Shown: piece after piece, positions 1-9,235 of the stretch
How positions within the stretch are numbered: position 1 is the first letter of the stretch
How the letters are laid out: every line of letters starts with the position of its first letter
Virus record (IMG/VR): IMGVR_UViG_3300031949_001696
Strand: one strand, 5' to 3'
DNA: 64,000 bases
From: a virus
Taxonomy: Duplodnaviria > Caudoviricetes
Notes under the pieces: generated by a model
Seen by the model: the letters and a program-made list of their open reading frames with translations, nothing else
Told to the model about the DNA's origin: nothing
The model's database searches: none
Position numbers and translations under genes: made by a program

Positions 1-215
1 GGATCGAGTAGGTCGGCGTGGAACCGCAGGGATGCTGCAACTGATTTTTCGACTGCCGTCGTGATGTCCTGCTGCACCTTGTCGTGTTGTGCGCAGCAGT
101 TTTCGGCGTCGACTTTGTTATCGAACGTGGCGATGTAGATCTTCTTGTTGTTCCGCTGTGCGTACGCCTGCCAAACGACACGATCCTTGCGCTTGTGGGG
201 CCTGACCATGCTCAT
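1..215 (-). CDS. 5' part of a gene with an AP2/arm-binding-like DNA-binding N-terminus (runs off the window start)
   Basis: ATG at 215 overlaps the upstream stop. MSMVRPHKRKDRVVWQAYAQRNNKKIYIATFDNKVDA resembles the AP2 pattern W-x-A...KKIYLG-x-F...EA. Not in the ORF track because it is truncated. Confidence 0.5.
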   Translation of the reverse strand, partial: MSMVRPHKRKDRVVWQAYAQRNNKKIYIATFDNKVDAENCCAQHDKVQQDITTAVEKSVAASLRFHADLLD

Positions 216-625
216 GGAGCCTTCCTCCGCGCGCGGCGCACCGCTGCGAGCATCTCGCCGCACTCCTGTGTCCATACTTTGTGGACGAGCACGTAGTGAT
301 CAGCTTTTTCGGGCCATACGAAGCCGTAACCGAAGAGATCGCGTGAGCCGAGTTCCTCGTCACAGATCCGGCAGTTCGCGCGACCCATGTAGCCCATCAG
401 CACGTCGCCACCCATCGGGTTCATGGTCGTGCGGAGCTGGAGCGCGCGTCCCAGCTCCTCGCGATCGGCCCACGGGACGTCATCGCGAATGTGGTCTTTG
501 GGTTGGCCGTGTTTGCGCCCGCCGGGAACGACATTGAGCAAGTCGAGCAGTGGCTGGAGCTCTCCGGCCAGCTCATCCCAGAACAGCAGCCTCTTGCCCG
601 CGTCGGGTCCAGGCGCGCGCATCAT
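212..625 (-). CDS. hypothetical protein, paralog of 51157-51510
   Basis: Shares MGxANCRIC...LG...DL...GFVWPEKAxHYV..H.VWT.EC with 51157-51510. Confidence 0.8.
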   Translation of the reverse strand: MMRAPGPDAGKRLLFWDELAGELQPLLDLLNVVPGGRKHGQPKDHIRDDVPWADREELGRALQLRTTMNPMGGDVLMGYMGRANCRICDEELGSRDLFGYGFVWPEKADHYVLVHKVWTQECGEMLAAVRRARRKAP

Positions 626-785
626 CGCTCTGCCTTTTCCTTCATCTGCTCGACGTGGATGACCCACGCGCGCTCGGCCTCCTCCAGGGCGAAGAGCGTG
701 TCACGCGGGTTCTTGGGATCGCGCGCGGCCACGAAGCCGTGTACGAAGCCCTCGTGTCGCAGGAGATCCTTCTGGTGGTGGTTGC

Positions 786-1031
786 TCACGGATGCACTGC
801 TTGGTGGGGCGTTTCGTTATTCGTGTCGATCTGCTCGAAGGGAACGCAGAACGCGATGTCGCCCTCGACCATCACGTCGGCGTGCCCGTATGGGGCCGAG
901 CACTCCTTGACCGTGAAGCGCCCAGAGCATTTGATGCGTAGGAGCGTGCCTCCTGGGCCATGGACCCAGATCGTGTTGCCGCCTTCGTCGAACTCTAGGC
1001 CGACGGCTTCGAACTGGACACGCGCACTCAC
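786..1031 (-). CDS. hypothetical protein
   Basis: Codon pattern and overlap coupling with neighbours. Confidence 0.6.
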   Translation of the reverse strand: MSARVQFEAVGLEFDEGGNTIWVHGPGGTLLRIKCSGRFTVKECSAPYGHADVMVEGDIAFCVPFEQIDTNNETPHQAVHP

Positions 1032-1666
1032 CGTTGCACCGCCCGTCGGATCGCAGCGAGATCAGCCTCCAGCATGCCGACACCGCGGAACGAGGCGAGC
1101 GTGAAGTTGTTCTCCTTGATCAGGTGCACGACCATCTGACCGTCGTGGTGGCAGCGCCAGATCGTGGCGAGCGCGATGCCGAAGCCGCGCATGAACGCCG
1201 CGTCTTCGGGGGAGAGCTTCTTTACCTTCGGTGCTTTCTTCGCGGTCTTCTTGTAACGTCTCCGCGGGTTCATCTCTCGCTCCAGGTCGACCAGGTGCGC
1301 GTCGATGCCGCGTGCCTTGATGTCCGCGATCGCCGCACCGATCGAGGACTTCGCGATCAGCCCATCGAAGTCTCTTCGGGTGGCGTTTAGGGAATCTTCG
1401 CGGCGGTACCGTCGCACGTGGACCTCGATTGCGCGCTGGGTATCGTCGAGCATCGCGTAGCAGTCGCTCGACCAGCCGCATGAGCAGCGCGCGCGATGGC
1501 CGCCATGCGGCATGTACGTACCGTGCTCGTGGTGGATCTCGATGACGTGCTCCGATCCCAGCGCCCCCACGCGCACGTCGCGGCGCACTGCGGTGCTCGG
1601 CGATTTGCAGGCGGGGCATTCGCTGTCGATCGGTGTGGTCATGGTTTCTCCTTCGTCATCCGTCAA
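1028..1666 (-). CDS. hypothetical protein with CxxC and CxCGW zinc-binding motifs
   Basis: ECPACK and RCSCGW motifs; coupled to neighbours; start may be 1642. Confidence 0.6.
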   Translation of the reverse strand: MTDDEGETMTTPIDSECPACKSPSTAVRRDVRVGALGSEHVIEIHHEHGTYMPHGGHRARCSCGWSSDCYAMLDDTQRAIEVHVRRYRREDSLNATRRDFDGLIAKSSIGAAIADIKARGIDAHLVDLEREMNPRRRYKKTAKKAPKVKKLSPEDAAFMRGFGIALATIWRCHHDGQMVVHLIKENNFTLASFRGVGMLEADLAAIRRAVQR

Positions 1667-2153
1667 CGCCTCTTCAACGCGAATCTAAGAAAGCGCGCGC
1701 CCTCTTCGTATCCCTTTTGGTATTCCGCTGAGGCTTCCGTGGGCGGCTCACCCATTTGCGCATCCATTTTCCCTCGTTCGAATCGAGCTTGCTGGATTCG
1801 CGCGGCCCGCGCTTCGTCGTCGGAGGGCTTTGCCTCTTGATTAGTCGGCACCTGGGGTTCTCTTTCCATTTTGTTCGACACTGGGAGGCCGACGATCGAT
1901 GTACTTGCGTCCGCAGCGCAGGCAGCGTCCGTAGCCGTTCCACAGCCGATCGCGCAGCTCGCAGTCGCACAGATCTTCCTTCGCAGGTTCGGTCACGTGC
2001 GCTCCTTGTGTTGGGCAGCTGCCTTGTCCAGCGCGTACGCCAACATCAGGCTCAGGTGCTTCGCGACGGCGAGCCAGCGCTCGTCAGTGATGAGCCGGTG
2101 CAGCTCCGCGAAGTGCGCGTGCCACGTCCAGCCGAGGAGGGTCGGCTCGGGCT

Positions 2154-2294
2154 TCATTGGTTGTTGGATGCTCGAGATTTCGGCCTTGAGCATCGTGTTC
2201 CACTGCTCGGGGATGACGTCAGTGATTGCTTGATCTTGTCGCGGACCTTATCGACGTACGTGGCGGGATCGAACTTGGTGACCTCAGTGCTCAT
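2154..2294 (-). pseudogene. frameshifted, truncated gene fragment
   Basis: MSTEVTKFDPATYVDKVRDKIKQSL continues sensibly only in another frame (DVIPEQWNTMLKAEISS) after ~2220. Confidence 0.5.
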
Positions 2295-3000
2295 GTTGCG
2301 CCTTTCGTTTCGGTGGACGGATCGGTCGTCTTCGTTGCTGCGCGCTCGGCGGCTTTCTGCCGTGACGGGTGATAGCCCGCGGCGTGGTAGCCGTAGTTCT
2401 TGCCTTTGCAGGCCCAGCCGACCCACGCGTAGCACGTGGGGCATTCGACGTCGGTGGCGTGAACGCGTGTGGTGCTCATGGGATCACGACCTCCCCGTTT
2501 TGAGCGGACGTGGACCTCGCGGGGTGAGCACGATGTGCGCGACGCTTGCTCCGTCGGCCCGCGAGACGGTTTCGGCCGCGTCCAGGACCTCGTTGAACCG
2601 ACGATCAGCCTCGGCGCGATTCTCGGGCTTCATCGCGCAGCCAAAGCAGATCAGCGCACCGTCCGGGCCGTACGGGCGCAGCTCGGTTTCCCCCCGCGGA
2701 TCCTCTCGGTCCGGCAGCTCGGGCCGACCGCACGCGCAGCAGACGCTCGCGGCACTCACTGCGGCAAGCTCCCACGGTAGCGCACGTCTGCGGGCGCGGT
2801 CGTGCCGTCCGCATAGAGGATCTCGGCCAGGACAGGGTAGTGCTCGGTGCCCGCGAAGCTCGGGATCTCGATCTTCGCGAGCGATCGGGCTTCGTCGAGC
2901 GTCACCGTCCGCGACCACACCACGCCGGTCTTGCCGCTGAGGAGCTGGAGCGTGATCGGGAACTTCTCCGGCGGGTAGTCATGTCGCGCGATCGGCTTGG

Positions 3001-3312
3001 TCACGGAACACTCCTCGCGGCGTCGACGGCGTCGAAGAGATGCGCATATAGACGCGCGCCGTCACGCATGTCGAAGCCGGGTCGGTTTGGATCGCGCACC
3101 GCGCACGCGGCTTCGTACACCGCGAGCAGCGCGGGGAGCGCGTTCACGGCGGCGACTGCCAGGCGGGAATCGTCGTCGAACTCCATGCCACCGATGTTGT
3201 ACTTCGTCGTCTGCGCGCCGATGCCTTTGCCCATGCGGTCGTCGTGAAGACACCACGGTGGCTGGTGCATCGCCTTCTCCAGTAGGGCGCGAAGTGCAGG
3301 GACGTCGATCAC
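3001..3312 (-). CDS. Ead/Ea22-like phage protein, paralog of 57009-57617
   Basis: PPW...LAVAAVNALP...AVYEAA...LFDAVDAAR shared with 57009-57617. Confidence 0.6.
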   Translation of the reverse strand: MIDVPALRALLEKAMHQPPWCLHDDRMGKGIGAQTTKYNIGGMEFDDDSRLAVAAVNALPALLAVYEAACAVRDPNRPGFDMRDGARLYAHLFDAVDAARSVP

Positions 3313-4202
3313 GAGGTCTTCCCTCGCATCATGGTGACGACGTCGACCGGGCGCACTGCGGCGCGTGGCGCTTCGCCGTCTTCCTTGAAGTAATGGTAGG
3401 GCAGCGCGTTCCATTCCATTTCCCGCACAGTGATGAGCTTGGTGTCGTCGTCACGCATGGCGTAAGCGCACATGACATCGCTGACGGGTCTGCCGTCCAC
3501 GACGTCGCGAAAGAACGCCGTGGGCATGAGGTAGCGTTTTTCCGTCGCGCGATCAGTCCAGACTTTCATGCGCAGTCGCAGAGTGCTCATCGCAACATCT
3601 CTCGCTGGTATCGTGCTCGGCTTCGTGAGGTCGCCGATGGCCACCGAGCGCATGTCATGGGGGCCTTCGTGCCCGACCGGCAGTGAGCACAACATCCAGC
3701 CGTCGGCGCTGGTGATCGGACACGCCGCGTTGGTCACGACTTTGGTCCTTCCGGCGGCATCACTCGTCGATGTGCGGTCGATCCGGGCGCGTCCGCGGGG
3801 CAGCTACAACACATGACGTAGCCAGGCGCTGGATTCGGGTGTCTCTTGCCGTAGCCGCATACCCACGTGTCGTTGCTCGCCGCGCTGTCGGTCACGAGTC
3901 GGCCTCCTTGCGATCTGCGGCTCTCAGCACGGGAGCATCGTCGCTCGCCGGTCTGACGTCGATGGAGGTACGCTCCTCCAGCTTCATCTCCAGATCTTCG
4001 ACGACCTTGCGGAGTCGCTCGCAGTCGCGCCGAGTTGCGGCGCTACAAGCGATCACGAGAGGGGCACGCGTCTGCGGAGGCAGTCCCTGATCGGTCATGT
4101 TGGCGATCACGCGCGCGTACGACACGAGGTCGACCTGCCGCTCGGCGAGGTCCTTCTGGGCTGCGGTGAGCTTCCGTTTGTGTTGGCGGTGGCGCGCGCT
4201 CA

Positions 4203-4922
4203 TCAAGTGCTCCTCGTCGAATCGCGGGACTCCGCTACTTGCGCTTCCTGCGCTTCCTCAGCATCGATTTCGGCCCAGATCGACACGAACTGCGCGCTCG
4301 TCAGGTACCGCTTTGCTTTCTGAACGAAGAGTTCTTCGCGCGCTCTCGACGACGAGTGCCGATGCTGCTGACCCTTCAGCTCTGTGAGCTTCCGCTGCAA
4401 CGCGAGGGATGTCGTTTGAAGATCGGCTAGGTGCTGCTCGCGTTGGCGATACACGGCCGGCGGCTCGTAGATGCCGCGAGTCGCCGCGTTTGCCTTCGCC
4501 CGGCCGATCTGCACCTTGAGTTGGCGGATCTCGTTGTCGACTTTGTCTTTCATCAGGACGATTTCTGATCGTTGCTTCTCGAAGGTGGTAGCGGTGGGTG
4601 CGAGGTGGATCTGGACGTGCCGCGCAGCTTCCGCCTCGCGTTGCTGCTGTGCACGCTGGGACTTGTCGTCGTTCTCGCTTTGCTTGACGTTGCGCCACCA
4701 GCGGTTGCGGTCGCCCTCCCGGGTGTCGTGCGGCACGTCGTGCTCGTCGAGCGCGTCGCTCACGGCGTCGAGGTCGAACGGCGTCGCCAGCGTGGGCAGC
4801 CACAGCGTTTGGCCATCCGGCACGTAGATCAAAATCGTCTGCGGGTGTTCGGGGAACAGCGTGATCCGCAGGGGGCGAGGATCGAACGCACACGGCATCG
4901 GCGGCTTCGTCGGCATCGTCAT
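4203..4922 (-). CDS. hypothetical coiled-coil protein
   Basis: ATG at 4922 overlaps the upstream stop; Q/E/K/R-rich C-terminal half. Confidence 0.65.
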   Translation of the reverse strand: MTMPTKPPMPCAFDPRPLRITLFPEHPQTILIYVPDGQTLWLPTLATPFDLDAVSDALDEHDVPHDTREGDRNRWWRNVKQSENDDKSQRAQQQREAEAARHVQIHLAPTATTFEKQRSEIVLMKDKVDNEIRQLKVQIGRAKANAATRGIYEPPAVYRQREQHLADLQTTSLALQRKLTELKGQQHRHSSSRAREELFVQKAKRYLTSAQFVSIWAEIDAEEAQEAQVAESRDSTRST

Positions 4923-5395
4923 CGGGGCGACCTCGTGCGCTTCGTCGGCATCAGCTTCGAGCGCTTGGGCAGCGGGATCTTGTTCGCCTTCATCATCGCG
5001 GTGAACGTCGGGAACAGCTTCGGACCTTTCTTGTCCTCGACTTCCTCGAACGTGACGGCTCCCCGCATGACGAGGATGCGCACGCCGATCGCGTCGAACC
5101 CCATCACGCGGATCCAGCCTTGACAGGGAATGTTGGACAGGACAGGTAATTTCGGCGAAGCTTGTGAAGCGATGGTTGCTCGATCGCTTGATGATCGAGA
5201 CATGTTCGTGCCGTCGTCTTTGCTGCTGCGCTGAATGTTGGCGAAGTGGCAAAGCATGCTGTGCAGACCGTCGTCCTGGCAGTTTTGCCAGACATCGACG
5301 AAATGCTGCGGGTCCCAGTAGTCGCGCGGAGCGTCGATGCGCCACGGGCAGTTCGAGCACGGCCGCCGGAGCTTCGTGGTAGCTGCCTCGGTCAC
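4919..5395 (-). CDS. DUF6283-like Cys/His phage protein with an atypical internal segment
   Basis: PCxxCPWR...MLCH...CQGW motif; a Ser-rich 35-aa stretch lies between CH and CQGW. Confidence 0.55.
   Translation of the reverse strand: MTEAATTKLRRPCSNCPWRIDAPRDYWDPQHFVDVWQNCQDDGLHSMLCHFANIQRSSKDDGTNMSRSSSDRATIASQASPKLPVLSNIPCQGWIRVMGFDAIGVRILVMRGAVTFEEVEDKKGPKLFPTFTAMMKANKIPLPKRSKLMPTKRTRSPR
5166..5201 (+). repeat. solitary CRISPR-repeat homologue, same family as the 61.6-64 kb array
   Basis: TTGCTCGATCGCTTGATGATCGAGAC matches the array repeat 3' end TTGCTCGGTTGGTTGACGACCGAGAC at 21/26 positions; the 8-bp stem and 5-nt loop are kept by compensatory changes. Confidence 0.75.
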
Positions 5396-5754
5396 GTGCC
5401 GACCTTCCGCAGCTCGGCGATGCGCGCGCTGCCCCGCTGGTCGCGACGCCCGATGAAGTCGCCTTGCAGCTTGATCGCAGTCTCCGCAATACCGCACGCC
5501 TCGTCGCGTGCCGCGGTCATCGCAGCGAGACTCTTCAGCAGTAGGTCGATCTTCGTCCAGATGTCGCCGTGCCCCGGCACCATCTGGTGGAGGTCGTCGT
5601 AGCCGCGCTGTTTCGCGTCGATGTCGCCGAGCAAAACGAGGACTGTCATCGGGCCCGCGGCGTCGGCGAAGACTTCACGCGCGTTCGAGTTGACCAGTGC
5701 CGCCGCGGCGAGCGTGCGGAGCTTCTCGATCAATGCTCGTTGTTCCGCTGTCAT
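5392..5754 (-). CDS. hypothetical protein sharing a C-terminal module with 5751-6017
   Basis: MTAARDEAC.IA...RIAELRKVG in both. Confidence 0.65.
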   Translation of the reverse strand: MTAEQRALIEKLRTLAAAALVNSNAREVFADAAGPMTVLVLLGDIDAKQRGYDDLHQMVPGHGDIWTKIDLLLKSLAAMTAARDEACGIAETAIKLQGDFIGRRDQRGSARIAELRKVGT

Positions 5755-6017
5755 GGAGCCCCCACCTTTCGCAGCTCGGCGATGCGCTTGAGCTTGTGTC
5801 CTGCGACGGCGGAGTGCGATTCGGCGATCGCTGCGATGGCACATGCCTCGTCACGCGCCGCGGTCATCTCGTCGAGCGCGCGGCGCAGCTCTCGCTCCAG
5901 CAGGTAGTTGTGGTCGAGGCTCGCGAAGTTGTGGCGACCGCCGTGGCCGGCGTAATAACGGCACTTGCGGTCGCTGATCTGGTCGTACGTCGAGCACATC
6001 TCGGGTTCAGTGGTCAC
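5751..6017 (-). CDS. hypothetical protein (C...C...GH.G.H N-terminus plus the shared C-terminal module)
   Basis: See 5392-5754. Confidence 0.6.
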   Translation of the reverse strand: MTTEPEMCSTYDQISDRKCRYYAGHGGRHNFASLDHNYLLERELRRALDEMTAARDEACAIAAIAESHSAVAGHKLKRIAELRKVGAP

Positions 6018-6045
6018 AAAAACCTCCGATCGGTAAGATGTGGGC

Positions 6046-6666
6046 ATGGGCAAGACCGCCGCGCAGCTCGACCGGGAGATCGCAAAAGCGTTGGCGCGGC
6101 CGAAGTCTCTTCGGGTGGCGTTCAGGAAGTCGCGCAGGGGGCACGCCACCGTAGCGTGGGAACCGCGGGACGAGTCTGGTGACGCGTGGGATGTCGCGAG
6201 AGACGCGATCCTGGAGCACGACACCAAGCGCGCAGCCGACATCTGGCGGAGTATCCGTAAGGAGTACGGCGTGGAAGCAACTCGTCCGCCTTCGTTCGAT
6301 AAGGCGTTGGCCGAAGTACCGGCCGACGTACGGCAGAGATTCGAAGACGCGATCGGTGTGCAAACGGCAGCCAAGCACGTCAAAGCGATTCTCGACGCGA
6401 TTTACCGGTCGAAAGATCCTGATGCGCTGCTCACCGCGGTGAGTGCGGCCACCAAGCACGTGACCGCGATGAAGCGCGTCGCGCGAAAATTTGGAGGCGT
6501 CAGCCGACTGCTTGATTCGAGCGGCGCGTTCGATCCCCAGATGAGCGATCTGAACAACATGCTTGTCGGCGCCAAGGAAATGGTGCGGAGGATCAAGATT
6601 CAGCGCAAGACGGGGCGCTTGCCGAAGGCGACGAGCAGGACCGCTTGGCGTACGCGCGGAATGTGA
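6046..6666 (+). CDS. basic hypothetical protein, counter-oriented, apparently leaderless
   Basis: 207-codon ORF MGKTAAQLDREIAKAL...; TAAGAT at 6034-6039, then 6 nt, then ATG. Confidence 0.75.
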   Translation: MGKTAAQLDREIAKALARPKSLRVAFRKSRRGHATVAWEPRDESGDAWDVARDAILEHDTKRAADIWRSIRKEYGVEATRPPSFDKALAEVPADVRQRFEDAIGVQTAAKHVKAILDAIYRSKDPDALLTAVSAATKHVTAMKRVARKFGGVSRLLDSSGAFDPQMSDLNNMLVGAKEMVRRIKIQRKTGRLPKATSRTAWRTRGM

Positions 6667-6677
6667 GAGCTTCCAAG

Positions 6678-7265
6678 TCACGGATAGTGTCCCTCGATCC
6701 GTACTAGTTCGTTCGCGAAGATCCGCTCGCCGATGCAGTTGTCGCAGACAGGACTCGCGGGGGCCGTCGGCGCATTCTTCACGAAGCGGTACAAGGCGCA
6801 GTCGTAGCCGGACGATCCGTAGTGGCCCTTCACGAGCCACTCGCCGACCGTGATCGACGGTGGCTGTTCGTGCCGGTTCGGGGCGCTCTCAAATTTCTTG
6901 GCCGTCTCTTCGGTGGCTTGAAAGACCGAAGCAGTGCAGTCGGCACCCTGCGTTCGCGTCTCGAAGGGAACGACGGCACGGTGCCGATTGCCGCACCAGG
7001 CGCAGACGACGGGGCGCGGAAACTGCGGTGATACGCCGATGAGGTCGTCGACGGCGACGCCAATGCGCTCGCGTACGGCCTCGAACGTCGCGTCGACCGC
7101 GTTCCACTTGAGTGGTAGTGGAGGCACGCTGTCGCGCAGGTCGCCGGCAATCTCGCTCGCCCCGTCGCCCAGGCGCTGGATCTCCTCCAGCAGCCGATGG
7201 TGCTGGGGCTCCGTCAGTTTCGATCCGTCGATCATCACGAGGTAGATCATGATCAATCCGATCAT
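6678..7265 (-). CDS. hypothetical Cys-rich protein
   Basis: CAWC and VCDNC motifs; coupled to neighbours. Confidence 0.6.
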   Translation of the reverse strand: MIGLIMIYLVMIDGSKLTEPQHHRLLEEIQRLGDGASEIAGDLRDSVPPLPLKWNAVDATFEAVRERIGVAVDDLIGVSPQFPRPVVCAWCGNRHRAVVPFETRTQGADCTASVFQATEETAKKFESAPNRHEQPPSITVGEWLVKGHYGSSGYDCALYRFVKNAPTAPASPVCDNCIGERIFANELVRIEGHYP

Positions 7266-7615
7266 GCGTCGCGGAGGGTGCGCACGAGCGCGGTCGCGAA
7301 CTCCGTGGCGAGAAGCGAGTCGTCGGCGAGCACGAGTTTGCCGAGCGCGTCGCCGCATAGCTTCTCGATCCGCTCTCGGATGGGACCGGGGGCTCGAACT
7401 TGTTCGAACACGACCTCGCGCGCGACCTGCTGGATCGCGTCGTTGAACGCGTCTCGTAGCGGACTCGTGCGCGCGCCGTAGACGCCGTGACCCGAGGGTT
7501 TCTCTTCCAAGAGCGCGGCGATCGCGTTCTTGATCAGGTGCTCGCGCTTCTGGTCATCGAGCGACTTGTACATCGCCTCGATCACGCGCGCCTTCATCGC
7601 GGTGTCGTCCGTCAT
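7262..7615 (-). CDS. hypothetical protein
   Basis: Codon pattern and coupling. Confidence 0.6.
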   Translation of the reverse strand: MTDDTAMKARVIEAMYKSLDDQKREHLIKNAIAALLEEKPSGHGVYGARTSPLRDAFNDAIQQVAREVVFEQVRAPGPIRERIEKLCGDALGKLVLADDSLLATEFATALVRTLRDA

Positions 7616-8470
7616 TACAGAAGCCTCCGAAATTCCGTCGTGGTGTGAATCCAGCCATCGTCGCATTCGATTTGCACGACGATCGCGTTGTCATCGCCGA
7701 TTCCGACGGTGACGATCCGGCCGATCAGCTTCCGTGTTTCATCGTGCAACGGCCCCTGTTTCTCGACGAGGGCCTCGACGCGTGTACCGATCAGCTCGGT
7801 GACGACGCGCGGACGGATGGAGCTGTCTCCAGTCATACAGCCTCCTTGCTGCCGCGCGCGATCGCGTCGGCCGTGGGCATGGGATCGTCGAGGTAGCCGC
7901 TGCCGTCGCAGCGCGCAGGGGGCAACGACGCGATCCACCAGCAGCTCTTCTCCTTCGAGTCTGGCGGCTCGAAGCAAAAGCCGATCCGGCGGTGCTCGTA
8001 CACCAGCTCGACGTGGGTCTCCCCGCCGGCCAGCGTGGTGTAGTGGAGATCGAGGAGCTTCACGGGGCTTCCTCGGTGTTGAAGTCGAAGCCGTGCAGCT
8101 CCGCGAACGTGTCGTCCCAGAAGCGCGTGACGATCTCGTGGGGCGTCGGTTTCTTGGTCGTCGTTAACCGGATGCCGATACCGTCGAGCTCGCGCACGGT
8201 GTGCCAGCGCCAGAACGTGCGCGTCGCACCGTCACGAGAGACACGGAATTTGACGGCCCAGGTGCCGGGATTGTTCGTGGCTTGGTCCTGGTGGGGTTTC
8301 ACGTCGACGATTCTGACGGTGATCATGTGCTCTTCTCCTTGTGCGCTCCGCGCTCCTCTCGTTTTCAGTTGGCGCATCGGTGCTCCTGACATTCTTGGGA
8401 ACTCGCGAAGTACGTCAGGCACGTCTGGCAGACGCGACGGTCGAAGCATGCTTATCCGGTTGTCGCCCAA

Positions 8471-8833
8471 TCACTTGGCAACCCGTCGATCAATAACCAC
8501 GGTCGCACCGCAGCGCTGGCAGTAGTTCTCACCGTCGCGCACGCTGCATTCGCCGCGCTCCTGGCACGACTTGAAGCACCCGCGCACGAAACCTTGAAGG
8601 AAGGCCAGATTGAGGCGCTTGCACTCCTCCTTGTATCTAGCCCAGTCGCTCTGCATTCCTACGACGGAGCCCCACGGTCCACGGAGCACAGGGCCGCCGG
8701 TCATCGACTGCTCACCGACGTCGAATGCCTCCATCTCGATTCGCTCAAGCTTTCGTTCGCCGCTCAAGACGAGATGCACGACTGCGTTGTTCCATTCGGT
8801 CTCGATGGCCGGCTTTGTGTGGTTATCGGTCAC
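8471..8833 (-). CDS. cassette passenger, hypothetical protein
   Basis: Preceded by CCCAAGGAG; lower-GC codons; stop abuts the terminal repeat. Confidence 0.65.
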   Translation of the reverse strand: MTDNHTKPAIETEWNNAVVHLVLSGERKLERIEMEAFDVGEQSMTGGPVLRGPWGSVVGMQSDWARYKEECKRLNLAFLQGFVRGCFKSCQERGECSVRDGENYCQRCGATVVIDRRVAK

Positions 8834-8863
8834 TTGCAAGCTCCTTGGGTTAGCACCCATCGA

Positions 8864-9142
8864 TCATCCCGCCTTACGCCGAAGCGTGAACATTCCAGGT
8901 CTAAGCTGGACGCGCTCATAGTCCGGGTTCAGGTATTCGACGCACTTTCCACCACACGGCGGGCATAGCGTTTCATCCTGCGTTCTGGAGCTGATAAGCT
9001 CATCCGCGTTATACGAGGACGAGTGGAGGTAGCCGAATGTCTGCGTGCAGCAGCAACATTTTCCAACGCCTCCCCACCAGCCACCTTGCGGAAGTTGACT
9101 CCCGCCAATTGGGCGACCATGCGGGCATGCCACGACGCTCAT
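8864..9142 (-). CDS. cassette passenger, Cys-rich hypothetical protein
   Basis: CCCAAGGAG-N4-ATG; lower-GC codons. Confidence 0.6.
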   Translation of the reverse strand: MSVVACPHGRPIGGSQLPQGGWWGGVGKCCCCTQTFGYLHSSSYNADELISSRTQDETLCPPCGGKCVEYLNPDYERVQLRPGMFTLRRKAG

Positions 9143-9235
9143 GCGGCTCCTTGGGTGATAAGCGGAAGTTGACTCCCGCCAATTGGGCGACCATGCGGGC
9201 ATGCCACGACGCTCATGCGGCTCCTTGGGTGATAA
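9088..9235. repeat. exact 74-bp tandem duplication
   Basis: 9088-9161 equals 9162-9235; covers the inner TIR, RBS and gene start. Confidence 0.95.
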
